The position numbers and the translations under genes were made by a program. A DNA stretch of 64,000 bases from Bacteroidales bacterium UBA3290 (GTDB lineage Bacteria; Bacteroidota; Bacteroidia; Bacteroidales; UBA932): the NCBI GenBank assembly GCA_002361615.1, contig DETK01000032.1, positions 51,297 to 115,296 of the forward strand, written 5' to 3'. Each line of letters begins with the position of its first letter. Position 1 is the first letter of the stretch. The notes beneath the pieces are model-generated. The model was given only the letters and a program-made list of their open reading frames with translations, was not told the origin of the DNA and did not search any database. This document shows positions 7,763 to 16,306 of this stretch, one piece after another.

Positions 7763-10119
7763 CCATTTATCCGTTAGGCGCGTTGCCCGAGGAAAAGTAT
7801 CCGGAGGCAGGAGGGAAGGCGAAAGGGCTGGATCTGCTGGTCAGGCATCAGTTTACGGTCCCAAAGGGATTTGTCATAACCGAAACGGATCCGTTGGATG
7901 AAGAGGCCGTTTATCGGGCATTCGATGCTTTGGATGTCCCACAGGTTTCGGTGCGTTCCTCAGCTTCCAATGAAGATCAGGCCGGGGCTTCCAATGCCGG
8001 CCAATACGAGACTTGCCTGTTCGTGGACCGCAGCCATCTGCTGGAGAGCATCAAGAAGTGCCTGGCTTCCCTGCATTCCCTGCGGGTAAGGGATTATGCC
8101 CGGCGCTTTGATCTGGGCAAGGGAACGATGAGTGTCGTCGTCCAGGAGATAATCGACAGCGAAAAAGCTGGGGTACTGTTCACGGCCAGTCCGAACAAGG
8201 GCTCGGACCTGTTGATCGAAGCCGTTGAAGGACAAGGAGAAAATCTGGTTTCCGGACAGGTTGCGGCCCATCGCTATGAGATTTCCCGTAAATGCTACCG
8301 TCCTTGCCGTGATGAACTGCTCAGCGAGGATGAGGTCCGGCTGCTCTATGAGACCGGGAAAAAGATAAGGTCCACGTTCGGGGAAGAAGTGGATGTCGAG
8401 TGGGCGATCAAGGGCGGGCAGCTGTTCCTGCTGCAGATGCGCCCCATTACGACGGAAATCATCAACATCGAGGAATTCGACCGGGACGATGACGTGACCG
8501 GACATCTGTTTACCAAAAGGAATGTCGGTGAAATGATGCCGGGTGCCGTCACCCCGCTGACTTTGTCCACCTCTGCGGAAGCCATCGACTACGGCATGCG
8601 TTACATGCTCGCCAAGGCCGGTGTCTACAAGACGCCTTATGACGAAGAACCCCTGCGGCTGATATCCTCCATATCGGGGCATCTGTTCTTCGATATGAAC
8701 CTGCTTTACAACATGTACGCAAGGGTGGGCATCGCCGACCCGCAGTCGATGAACCTTTCCATTATGGGGGAATACCACGACTATCCTCCCGTAACCGCCC
8801 CCTTTGCCAGTCAGCCCATCCGCATCCTCAATTCCATCCGCTTCCTGAACTATGTGTTCTCGGGCCATCGGGCGATGAAAAAGCTGGATGCGCTGCTGAC
8901 CCGCGTGCACTTCTGTGAAACGACTTCCGCCAAGGAGTTGTACAAGTGCATCGATGAGAATCTCGCCTTGCTGGATGAAAGCCTCATCTACCATTACGCC
9001 TCTTCCGCCTATTCCGGCAGCGCTACCAGTACCCTGTACAGGATGGTCGACAAGTATTTCCCGGATAAGAAGGAGTATCAGTCTTTCCTGTCGCATCTGC
9101 TGAGCGGGATTCCGAACATTGAAAGCGCGGATATCCTGTCCCGGCTGCAGGATATGGCGATCCTGATCAAGCAGCAGGACCCGAAAGCCGCAGACCTTCA
9201 GGCTGCCGGATTGCTGGCTTTCATCCAAAGTCACGCGGAAATCGACGGACTGTATCAGGAATTCCTGCGGCTCCATGGCCACCGCTGCATCAAGGAGGCG
9301 GAGTTGCGCAGCAAGCCGTGGCGGGAAGATCCGGTTCCGCTGATGAACTATCTGTCGAGCATCATCCGCTCCCCGATGAATCTGGTGCAGGGAGAGGAAA
9401 AGATAGACTATCGGAAGGAATTCGCCTTTGTCCGGAATCCCTTGCTGAAGGCCGCTTCCATCATCTATGCCAAGAAAGCCCGGCAGGCCGTCGTCGACAG
9501 GGAATACACGAAATCGCGTTTGATCGAACTCATCGACCGCTTCAAGACCCAGTATGCCCGGCTGGCCACCTTGCTGGTGGCAGACAAAAGGCTCGGCGAT
9601 ACGGATCAGATCTATTTCCTGACGCACGAGGAGATAGGTCAGCTTCTCGAGGACGACAACCGTCTTGCGGAAATCGCGGTAAGAAGGCGGAAAGCCAACG
9701 CCATCCAGGAGACCTTGTCCTTCGACGATATCTACATCGGCAAACCTGTCGCGGATGTCTTTGCGGGAGAGCTGGATGAAGACGTGATCACCGGCGTTCC
9801 CGTTTCCAACGGAGAATGTGAGGGGATCGTCCGTATCGTTCATTCCATCGAAGATGCAAACCAGCTCCAGCGCGGAGAGATCATGGTGGCCCGTTTCACG
9901 GACATCGGCTGGACGCCCTATTATTCGGTCGTCAACGGTCTGATCACCGAGATCGGCTCATCCCTGTCGCACGGCGCCGTTGTCGCAAGGGAATACGGCC
10001 TTCCGGCCATCGTCAACGTCAAAGGCGCCACGAAACGGCTGAAAAACGGCGACCACATCATCATGAACGCCAGCACCGGTACGATAACGGTCACCGCCGA
10101 CGGCGTCGCCGCCGCCTGA
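7759..10119 (+). CDS. PEP-utilising-family phosphotransferase with rifampin-phosphotransferase-like architecture; substrate unknown
   Basis: 786 aa. The N-terminal PPDK_N-type ATP-grasp domain reads AGGKAKGLDLL…VSVRSSASNEDQAGASNAGQYET…EWAIKGGQLFLLQMRPIT. A helical middle domain of about 450 aa follows. The C-terminal swivel domain carries the catalytic His (RFTDIGWTP…GSSLSHGAVVAREYGLPAIV). No PEP/pyruvate TIM-barrel domain is visible. Confidence 0.75.
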   Translation: MTIYPLGALPEEKYPEAGGKAKGLDLLVRHQFTVPKGFVITETDPLDEEAVYRAFDALDVPQVSVRSSASNEDQAGASNAGQYETCLFVDRSHLLESIKKCLASLHSLRVRDYARRFDLGKGTMSVVVQEIIDSEKAGVLFTASPNKGSDLLIEAVEGQGENLVSGQVAAHRYEISRKCYRPCRDELLSEDEVRLLYETGKKIRSTFGEEVDVEWAIKGGQLFLLQMRPITTEIINIEEFDRDDDVTGHLFTKRNVGEMMPGAVTPLTLSTSAEAIDYGMRYMLAKAGVYKTPYDEEPLRLISSISGHLFFDMNLLYNMYARVGIADPQSMNLSIMGEYHDYPPVTAPFASQPIRILNSIRFLNYVFSGHRAMKKLDALLTRVHFCETTSAKELYKCIDENLALLDESLIYHYASSAYSGSATSTLYRMVDKYFPDKKEYQSFLSHLLSGIPNIESADILSRLQDMAILIKQQDPKAADLQAAGLLAFIQSHAEIDGLYQEFLRLHGHRCIKEAELRSKPWREDPVPLMNYLSSIIRSPMNLVQGEEKIDYRKEFAFVRNPLLKAASIIYAKKARQAVVDREYTKSRLIELIDRFKTQYARLATLLVADKRLGDTDQIYFLTHEEIGQLLEDDNRLAEIAVRRRKANAIQETLSFDDIYIGKPVADVFAGELDEDVITGVPVSNGECEGIVRIVHSIEDANQLQRGEIMVARFTDIGWTPYYSVVNGLITEIGSSLSHGAVVAREYGLPAIVNVKGATKRLKNGDHIIMNASTGTITVTADGVAAA

Positions 10120-10145
10120 CGGAATCGTTGTTACAAACTCTTGTT

Positions 10146-10280
10146 CTCCCGTTCCTTGCGCTGCAACGGACGCAACTGATTTACAGCACCTTACAGAAAG
10201 TGATCCCCCTTGTTTCAAGGGGGATCACTTTGCGTAAATGGCTGATGGTCAGTTGCGTCCGTTGCAGCGCAAGGAGGGAG
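10146..10280. repeat. Nested inverted repeat with a 27-bp perfect outer arm pair enclosing a 16-bp hairpin
   Basis: Outer arms are TCCTTGCGCTGCAACGGACGCAACTGA (10153-10179) and its exact reverse complement (10249-10275). They extend by CTCCC/GGGAG across a 2-nt bulge. Confidence 0.85.
10197..10231. terminator. Bidirectional intrinsic terminator between the phosphotransferase gene and guaA
   Basis: AAAGTGATCCCCCTTG-ttt-CAAGGGGGATCACTTT is a perfect 16-bp stem with a 3-nt loop, and its arms begin/end in A/T runs. Confidence 0.7.
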
Positions 10281-10287
10281 GAAACGC

Positions 10288-11814
10288 TTATTCCCACTCG
10301 ATCGTTGCCGGCGGTTTGGAGGAGATGTCGTAGACGACGCGGTTGATGCCGCGGACGTGGCGGATGATGTCGTTGGAGACGCGGGCCAGGAAATCGTAGG
10401 GCAGGGGGTACCAGTCGGCGGTCATGCCGTCGGTCGAGGTGACCGCCCGGAGTGCAGCAGTGTATTCGTAAGTCCTTTCATCTCCCATCACGCCCACGCT
10501 CTTGACCGGAAGGAGGATCGTACCGGCCTGCCAGATCTTGTCGTAGAGACCGTCGGCGCGGAGTGCGTCGATGTAGATCTTGTCGGCGTCGCGCAGGATT
10601 TCCAGTTTTTCGAAGGTGACTTCGCCCAGCACCCGGATGGCCAGGGACGGGCCGGGGAAAGGATGGCGGCCGATGAGCGAGGCGGGGATGCCGAGCGCCC
10701 GGCCTACACGTCGCACTTCGTCCTTGAAGAGCATGCGCAGGGGCTCCACGATCTTAAGGTTCATCTTTTCGGGAAGGCCGCCCACATTGTGGTGGCTCTT
10801 GATCTTGGCGGCCTGGCCGCCGATGGCGGCCGACTCGATGACGTCGGGATAGATGGTGCCCTGGGCAAGCCAGCGGGCACCTTCCACGCGCCGGGCTTCC
10901 GCTTCGAACACGTCGATGAAGGTCTTGCCGATGGCTTTGCGCTTGGCTTCGGGTTCCGTGAGGCCCGCGAGGGCCGTCAGGAAACGATCGCCGGCATCGA
11001 CGCCCGTGACGTTGAGGCCCATGCCGCGGTAGGATTCGAGGACTTCCGTAAACTCGTTGCGGCGCAGCAGGCCATTGTCCACGAAGATGCAGTGGAGCCG
11101 TTCGCCGATGGCTTTGTGGAGCAGGACGGCGGCGACGGTGGAGTCGACGCCGCCGCTCAGGCCGAGGATGACCTTGTCGCTGCCGATCTCACGGTGGAGC
11201 GCATCGACGGTGGTGTCGATGAACGAGGCGGGGGTCCAGTCGCCGCAGCAGCCGCAGATGGTCTTGACGAAATTGGCGAGGATCCGCGAGCCGTATTCGG
11301 TATGGTAGACTTCCGGATGGAATTGCACGGCATAGGTCTTCTCGCCGTAGATGCGATAGGCGGCGTTGACGACGCTCCGGGTTGATGCCAGGACCGTCGA
11401 ATTGTCGGGCAGGGCCGTGATGGTGTCACCGTGCGACATCCAGACCTGGCTCGTCGGCGGGACCCCGTCGAAGAGTGGATCGCGCTGTTTTACTTCCAGT
11501 TCGGCGCGGCCGTATTCGCGGGAGCCTGCGCTCTCGACGCTGCCGCCGTAGTGGTGGGCAAGGTACTGGGCGCCGTAGCAGATGCCCAGCAGCGGCAGGC
11601 GGCCTTTGATGCCGCGCAGGTCCACCTGCGGTGCATCGGGCGCCGTGACGGAGCACGGGCTGCCGGAGAGGATGACGCCTTTGACGCTGTCGTCCAGCGC
11701 GGGAATCTTGTTGAAGGGATGGATTTCGCAGTAAACGTTGAGTTCACGGAGCCGGCGTCCGATCAGCTGGGTAACCTGGGAGCCGAAGTCGAGGATGATA
11801 ATCTTTTCAACCAT
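10288..11814 (-). CDS. guaA: GMP synthase (glutamine-hydrolysing)
   Basis: The track ORF is trimmed to [35 protein letters not shown]…. It has a GATase domain (LGICYGAQ), an ATP-PPase P-loop ([11 protein letters not shown]) and a C-terminal …PPATIEWE. Confidence 0.95.
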   Translation of the reverse strand: MVEKIIILDFGSQVTQLIGRRLRELNVYCEIHPFNKIPALDDSVKGVILSGSPCSVTAPDAPQVDLRGIKGRLPLLGICYGAQYLAHHYGGSVESAGSREYGRAELEVKQRDPLFDGVPPTSQVWMSHGDTITALPDNSTVLASTRSVVNAAYRIYGEKTYAVQFHPEVYHTEYGSRILANFVKTICGCCGDWTPASFIDTTVDALHREIGSDKVILGLSGGVDSTVAAVLLHKAIGERLHCIFVDNGLLRRNEFTEVLESYRGMGLNVTGVDAGDRFLTALAGLTEPEAKRKAIGKTFIDVFEAEARRVEGARWLAQGTIYPDVIESAAIGGQAAKIKSHHNVGGLPEKMNLKIVEPLRMLFKDEVRRVGRALGIPASLIGRHPFPGPSLAIRVLGEVTFEKLEILRDADKIYIDALRADGLYDKIWQAGTILLPVKSVGVMGDERTYEYTAALRAVTSTDGMTADWYPLPYDFLARVSNDIIRHVRGINRVVYDISSKPPATIEWE

Positions 11815-11859
11815 AGTGCAAAAGTACGAAACAGTTTCTTGAAATTGCGAGATTATTTC

Positions 11860-11867
11860 TACTTTTG
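11860..11867 (+). promoter_or_regulatory. Bacteroidota -7 promoter box (TACTTTTG) upstream of typA
   Basis: Matches TAnnTTTG and lies 26 nt upstream of the ATG at 11893, inside the 78-bp guaA/typA divergent spacer. Confidence 0.5.
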
Positions 11868-11892
11868 CGCCTTCAATGAGAAGCAAGACAGT

Positions 11893-13692
11893 ATGCAAGC
11901 CATCAGAAACATAGCGATCATCGCCCACGTGGACCACGGCAAGACCACCCTCGTGGACCGGATGATCTATCAGGCCCGGCTTACCCGCAAGGCGGAAGAC
12001 CTGGGCGAATTGATCCTCGACAACAACGACCTGGAGCGTGAGCGCGGCATCACGATCCTGGCCAAGAACGTTTCCGTCCCCTATAAGGACGTGAAGATCA
12101 ATATCATCGACACCCCGGGCCACGCTGATTTCGGCGGTGAGGTGGAGCGGGTGCTCAATATGGCCGATGGCGTACTGCTGCTGGTCGATGCGTTCGAAGG
12201 CACGATGCCCCAGACGCGCTTCGTCTTGGAGAAGGCCCTCCAGATGGGCAAGAAGCCCATCGTGGTGATCAACAAGGTGGACAAGCAGGGCTGCCGTCCC
12301 GACGAGGTGAACGAACAGGTGTTCGACCTGATGTTCTCGCTCAATGCGACGGAAGAACAACTCGACTTCAAGACCGTTTACGGCAGCGCCAAGCAGGGCT
12401 GGATGTCGCTCGACTGGCGCAATCCCACGACCGACATCACGCCTCTGCTCGACACCATCATCGAAGAGATTCCCGCACCGGAGATTGTGGAAGGAACGCC
12501 GCAGATGCTCATCTCTTCGCTCGAGTATTCGCCCTATGTGGGCCGGATTGCCGTCGGGCGTGTCACCCGCGGTTCGCTCCGCGCCGGCATGCCGGTGTCG
12601 TTGTGCAAGCGCTACGACATCGTGGAGAAGCAGAAAGTCAAGGACTTGATGGTCTTCGAGGGACTGGAGAAAAAGAAAGTGGAAGAAGTCCGTTGCGGCG
12701 ACATCTGCGCCGTGGTGGGCATCGACGGCTTTGAAATCGGCGACACCATCGCCGACTTCGAGAATCCCGAAGCCCTTCCGCCCATCGCCGTGGACGAACC
12801 GACCATGAGTATGCTCTTCACGATCAACGATTCGCCGTTCTTCGGCCGTGAAGGCAAATTCGTGACTTCGCGCCATATCAAGGAGCGCCTGGAGCGCGAG
12901 CTGGAGAAAAACCTGGCGCTGCGCGTGAAGCCCGGCGTCAATGCTGACTCCTTCGTGGTGTACGGCCGCGGCGTGCTGCATCTTTCGATTCTGATCGAGA
13001 CCATGCGGCGCGAAGGTTTCGAACTGCAGGTGGGCCAGCCCCGCGTGCTTGACAAGACCATCGGCGGCAAGCGCTGCGAGCCGATCGAGTGCCTGACCAT
13101 CGATGTGCCCGAGGAGTTTGTCGGACGTGCCATCGAGATGACGACCCGGCGCAAGGGCGCGCTCATCCACATGGAAAGCCGTGGCGACCGCACCCATCTC
13201 GAATTCGAGATTCCGGCCCGCGGCCTGATGGGCCTGCGCAGCAACCTGCTGACCGCCACGCAGGGCGAAGCGGTCGTGGCGCACCGCTTCAAGGATTACG
13301 AGCCGTACAAGGGCGAGATCGAGAAGCGTACCAACGGTTCGCTTGTGGCGCATGAGACGGGCATTGCCGTGGCCTATGCGATGGACAAGCTCCAGGACCG
13401 CGGCCGTTATTTCATCGACCCGGGCGAGGAGGTCTATGCCGGTCAGGTGGTCGGCGAGCACATCCGCGACTTCGACCTGGTGATCAACATCTGCAAGACC
13501 AAGAAACTGACCAACGTACGGGCCGCCGGCACCGACGAGAAGGTGATGCTTCCGCCGCCCGTCCGTTTCAGCCTCGAAGAGGCACTGGAGTACATCCAGG
13601 AGGACGAACTGGTGGAGGTAACGCCTAAGTCGATGCGGATGAGGAAGATTATTCTCGACGAAACCGAAAGAAAAAGAGCGTCGAGAAACTAA
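11893..13692 (+). CDS. typA: Translational GTPase TypA/BipA
   Basis: The track ORF is trimmed to [24 protein letters not shown]… with G motifs ([16 protein letters not shown]). The 599-aa length fits BipA. Confidence 0.95.
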   Translation: MQAIRNIAIIAHVDHGKTTLVDRMIYQARLTRKAEDLGELILDNNDLERERGITILAKNVSVPYKDVKINIIDTPGHADFGGEVERVLNMADGVLLLVDAFEGTMPQTRFVLEKALQMGKKPIVVINKVDKQGCRPDEVNEQVFDLMFSLNATEEQLDFKTVYGSAKQGWMSLDWRNPTTDITPLLDTIIEEIPAPEIVEGTPQMLISSLEYSPYVGRIAVGRVTRGSLRAGMPVSLCKRYDIVEKQKVKDLMVFEGLEKKKVEEVRCGDICAVVGIDGFEIGDTIADFENPEALPPIAVDEPTMSMLFTINDSPFFGREGKFVTSRHIKERLERELEKNLALRVKPGVNADSFVVYGRGVLHLSILIETMRREGFELQVGQPRVLDKTIGGKRCEPIECLTIDVPEEFVGRAIEMTTRRKGALIHMESRGDRTHLEFEIPARGLMGLRSNLLTATQGEAVVAHRFKDYEPYKGEIEKRTNGSLVAHETGIAVAYAMDKLQDRGRYFIDPGEEVYAGQVVGEHIRDFDLVINICKTKKLTNVRAAGTDEKVMLPPPVRFSLEEALEYIQEDELVEVTPKSMRMRKIILDETERKRASRN

Positions 13693-13719
13693 AGTTTAAA
13701 ATATTTTGCTATATTTGCA

Positions 13720-13727
13720 GCCCCAAT
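13720..13727 (+). promoter_or_regulatory. Bacteroidota -7 promoter box (TATATTTG) for the yceD-like/rpmF operon
   Basis: It sits within TTTGCTATATTTGCAGCCCC, a module nearly identical to the one upstream of tRNA-Val. Confidence 0.55.
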
Positions 13728-13736
13728 TTTTCCGCC

Positions 13737-14276
13737 ATGGACAGATTGAATCAAGATATCATCATTCCCATCAAGGGTTTACCGCTGGGAGAGAGTTCAT
13801 TCCGGTTTGAAATTGGGGAACCGTTCTTTCAAGCGTTCGAGAACCGTCAGATCAAGGATGCGGACTGCAGCGTGATGGTCAGCGTGAAGCGCTACCAGAC
13901 CCTGCTCGAGATCACCTGCCGGGTCGGAGGCTTCGTCGTGGTCGAGTGCGACCGTTGTCTGGAAGACCTGACCCTGAAGGTGGACATCGAACCCCACCTG
14001 ACCGTCGGCTTCGGCTCCGTCGATGTGGACGACGAAAGTGCGGACGATGACGTGCTGGTCATCGACCGCAGCGAAAGTGAGCTCAACCTCAACCAGTTCG
14101 TCTACGACTACATCTGCCTGGGCCTTCCGCTGGTGAAGGTGCATCCCGAAGGGAAATGCAATCCCGAGATGCTCCGCTACATCTCCGAATCCGAAGGCCA
14201 GCAGACGGGCCCCGAAGGGGAGGCCGTCCGTCCTTTCGAAGGTTTGAAAGATTTGTTGGAAAACAAAAACAATTAA
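13737..14276 (+). CDS. DUF177 (YceD-like) protein
   Basis: 179 aa with an acidic C-terminus and a CDRCLEDL…C… pattern. It sits directly upstream of rpmF, as in many bacteria. Confidence 0.8.
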   Translation: MDRLNQDIIIPIKGLPLGESSFRFEIGEPFFQAFENRQIKDADCSVMVSVKRYQTLLEITCRVGGFVVVECDRCLEDLTLKVDIEPHLTVGFGSVDVDDESADDDVLVIDRSESELNLNQFVYDYICLGLPLVKVHPEGKCNPEMLRYISESEGQQTGPEGEAVRPFEGLKDLLENKNN

Positions 14277-14290
14277 AATAAAAGGAAAAA

Positions 14291-14473
14291 ATGGCACATC
14301 CGAAACACAAGATCTCGAAGCAGCGCCGAGATAAGAGAAGAACCCACGACAAAGCCGTTGTCCCTCAGCTGGCTACCTGCCCGAACTGCGGTGCTACCGT
14401 CATGTATCACCACGTCTGCCCTGAGTGCGGCTTCTACCGTGGCCGTCAGATCATCAACAAGACCGTTGCCTAA
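14291..14473 (+). CDS. rpmF: 50S ribosomal protein L32
   Basis: MAHPKHKISKQRRDKRRTHDKA… together with a CPNCG…CPECG zinc-ribbon; 60 aa. Confidence 0.95.
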   Translation: MAHPKHKISKQRRDKRRTHDKAVVPQLATCPNCGATVMYHHVCPECGFYRGRQIINKTVA

Positions 14474-14493
14474 TCTGACCGAATCGTTTAAAT

Positions 14494-14516
14494 AAGCCGG
14501 CCAGACCGGCTTTTTT
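14494..14516 (+). terminator. Intrinsic terminator after rpmF
   Basis: AAGCCGG-ccaga-CCGGCTT hairpin followed by a T run. Confidence 0.75.
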
Positions 14517-14661
14517 AATTATGGAGACCCGCGCCTTCAGGCGCTAGCGGAGGCCGTTGCGGGAGACTGTGCGATAGCAGGCCGTAGCGGCAGGGTTTAC
14601 TCCCGATGGTCGTGCTCTCGCCTGCGGCTCGGGTGGGGCAGCGCCCCGTAGATGTAGATTA

Positions 14662-14733
14662 GGCCCTGTAGTTCAACGGATAGAATGGAGGTTTCCTAAA
14701 CCTTAGATGGCGGTTCGATTCCGCCCGGGGCTA
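14662..14733 (+). tRNA. tRNA-Arg (anticodon CCT)
   Basis: GGCCCTGTAGTTCAACGGATAGAATGGAGGTTTCCTAAACCTTAGATGGCGGTTCGATTCCGCCCGGGGCTA folds as a cloverleaf. Anticodon stem is GAGGT/ACCTT, loop TTCCTAA, T-arm GGCGG-TTCGATT-CCGCC. The acceptor stem has two G-U pairs. Confidence 0.8.
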
Positions 14734-14737
14734 CAAG

Positions 14738-14765
14738 AAAGCGAGGTATCAAGCCTCGCTTTTTT
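14738..14765. terminator. Hairpin terminator shared by tRNA-Arg (+) and xerD (-)
   Basis: AGCGAGG-tatcaag-CCTCGCT flanked by an A run and a T run. The xerD stop codon lies inside the loop. Confidence 0.65.
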
Positions 14766-15675
14766 CGTAATCCCGGGCCGGGTGGTATTTCAGGATGGTA
14801 TCCTGCCACTTGCGGGTGTCGATGTGGGTATAGATCTCGGTGGTGAGGATGCTTTCGTGGCCGAGCATCTGCTGGACGACGCGCAGGTCGGCGCCATTTT
14901 CGACCAGATGGGTGGCGAAGCTGTGGCGGAAGGTGTGCGGGGAGATTTCCTTGGAGATGCCGGCCATGCGTGCCTGTTCCTTCACGAGATTGAAGACCGC
15001 TACGCGGGAGAGTTTCCCGCCGCGGTGGTTGAGGAAAAGGATGTCTTCGGCCGCTTTCTGAACCGGACCGGTATCGCGCTGCTGGCGGTAGAGCCGGATG
15101 GCCTTGATGGCCGGATCGCCGATGGGCACGAGCCGCTGCTTGCTCCCTTTGCCCATGACGCGGATGAACTGTTCGTCCAGGAACAGGTCCGAGATCCGCA
15201 GGTTCACCAGTTCGCTCACGCGTAATCCACACGAATACAGCACTTCCAGTATGCAGCGGTTGCGATGTCCTCCGGGCTGCGACAAGTCCACGGAGTCGAG
15301 AATCCGCATAACCTCTTCGACCGACAGGACGGTCGGCAGATAGGGGTTGATCTTGGGGGAAGCGAGTTTGTCGCAGGGGTTCTGCGTCAGTTTTCCTTCC
15401 GCATCGAGGAAGCGGTACAGCGCCTTGATGGAGCTGATGATGCGGGCCTGCGAGCGTTTGGTCACCCCTGCATCCACCTGCTCTTCGAGAAAACGGTCGA
15501 TCTGCTCCGTCGTGGCGGCGGCCGGTTCCGTAGCCTCGCGCCGCAGCACCGCGAAGTATTTCTGTACGTCGGAGGCGTAAGCCGCGATGGTATTGGGCGA
15601 CATCGAGCGCTCGAGCTTCAGGTGGGCCTTGAAGTCGAGCAGCGTGGTTTCGTAACTGTCAGCGTGATTGCGCAT
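14749..15675 (-). CDS. xerD: Site-specific tyrosine recombinase XerD
   Basis: The track ORF is trimmed to MRNHADSYETTLLDFKAHLKLERSMSPNTIAAYASDVQKY…. The C-terminal catalytic pattern …HTFRHSFATHLVENGADLRVVQQMLGHESILTTEIYTH is present; 308 aa. Confidence 0.85.
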   Translation of the reverse strand: MRNHADSYETTLLDFKAHLKLERSMSPNTIAAYASDVQKYFAVLRREATEPAAATTEQIDRFLEEQVDAGVTKRSQARIISSIKALYRFLDAEGKLTQNPCDKLASPKINPYLPTVLSVEEVMRILDSVDLSQPGGHRNRCILEVLYSCGLRVSELVNLRISDLFLDEQFIRVMGKGSKQRLVPIGDPAIKAIRLYRQQRDTGPVQKAAEDILFLNHRGGKLSRVAVFNLVKEQARMAGISKEISPHTFRHSFATHLVENGADLRVVQQMLGHESILTTEIYTHIDTRKWQDTILKYHPARDYEKSEA

Positions 15676-16306
15676 GGCGGCAATAGGGGGCCAGGCCGCA
15701 TTCGCCGCACTTGGGATTGCGGGCGGTGCAGACGTAGCGTCCGTGGAGGATGAGCCAGTGATGGGCCTTGGGGCGGACGGATTCCGGGATGCCGGCTTCC
15801 AGGTCGAGTTCCACGGCGTAGGGCGTCTTTCCGTCGGAGAGGCCGAGGCGGTGCGCGACGCGGAATACGTGCGTATCCACGGCGATAACTGGTTCGTCGT
15901 AGAGGACACTGGTCACCACATTGGCGGTTTTTCGGCCCACGCCCGGGAGCGTCATCAGGGCGTCGATGTCGCGGGGAATCTCTCCGCCATATTCATCTAC
16001 GACCTTGCGGGCCATCGCCACCAGATGGGCCGCCTTGCTGTTGGGGTAGGAGATCGACCGGATCAGGGGATAGACCTCTTCCGGCGTGGCGGCGGCGAGC
16101 CGTTCCACGTCGGGGAAACGCTCGTAGAAGGCGGGCGTCGTCATATTGACCCGTTTGTCGGTACACTGGGCCGAGAGGATGACCGCGACGATGAGCTGGT
16201 AGGGCGACAGGAAATTGAGCTCGCTCCTGGGAAGCGGGCGGTTCGCTTCGAACCAGGCGAGGATGGGCTCGAAGGGAGGATCAGACTTCTTCGGGCTTTT
16301 CTTCAT
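15659..16306 (-). CDS. nth: Endonuclease III (DNA-(apurinic or apyrimidinic site) lyase)
   Basis: 215 aa with the HhH-GPD motif (LPGVGRKTANVV) and a C-terminal 4Fe-4S cluster loop (CTARNPKCGECGLAPYC). Confidence 0.92.
   Translation of the reverse strand: MKKSPKKSDPPFEPILAWFEANRPLPRSELNFLSPYQLIVAVILSAQCTDKRVNMTTPAFYERFPDVERLAAATPEEVYPLIRSISYPNSKAAHLVAMARKVVDEYGGEIPRDIDALMTLPGVGRKTANVVTSVLYDEPVIAVDTHVFRVAHRLGLSDGKTPYAVELDLEAGIPESVRPKAHHWLILHGRYVCTARNPKCGECGLAPYCRHAQSR

Noticed and set aside
7759-10119. Calling this gene phosphoenolpyruvate synthase (ppsA) or pyruvate phosphate dikinase.
   Set aside because: The domain order is ATP-grasp, long helical domain, then C-terminal His swivel. No PEP/pyruvate-binding TIM-barrel region is recognisable, so a central-metabolism role is not supported.
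10128-10346. 72-aa ORF inside the nested inverted repeat.
   Set aside because: It is built from palindromic sequence and runs into the guaA 3' end on the opposite strand. It has no start context or coding signature.
10288-13461. 1057-aa ORF on the minus strand and 753-aa ORF on the plus strand (11431-13692), which look like giant fusion proteins.
   Set aside because: Only the C-terminal 508 aa (guaA) and 599 aa (typA) show real protein signatures. The N-terminal extensions are antisense read-through of the neighbouring gene. Internal ATGs at 11814 and 11893 give canonical N-termini, and a promoter box sits upstream of typA.
14520-14733. Possible tmRNA (ssrA), because the region ends in a tRNA-like T-arm and acceptor.
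   Set aside because: The 3' 72 nt fold as a complete ordinary tRNA with anticodon CCT. There is no tag-peptide reading frame ending in the usual hydrophobic residues, and the total length is far too short for tmRNA.
14662-15675. A tyrosine recombinase next to tRNA-Arg, which could mark an integrative mobile element.
   Set aside because: The recombinase has the size and motifs of housekeeping XerD. It overlaps nth and the ftsE-like gene in an operon-like arrangement. No direct repeat of the tRNA 3' end was noticed, and there are no phage, conjugation or cargo genes.
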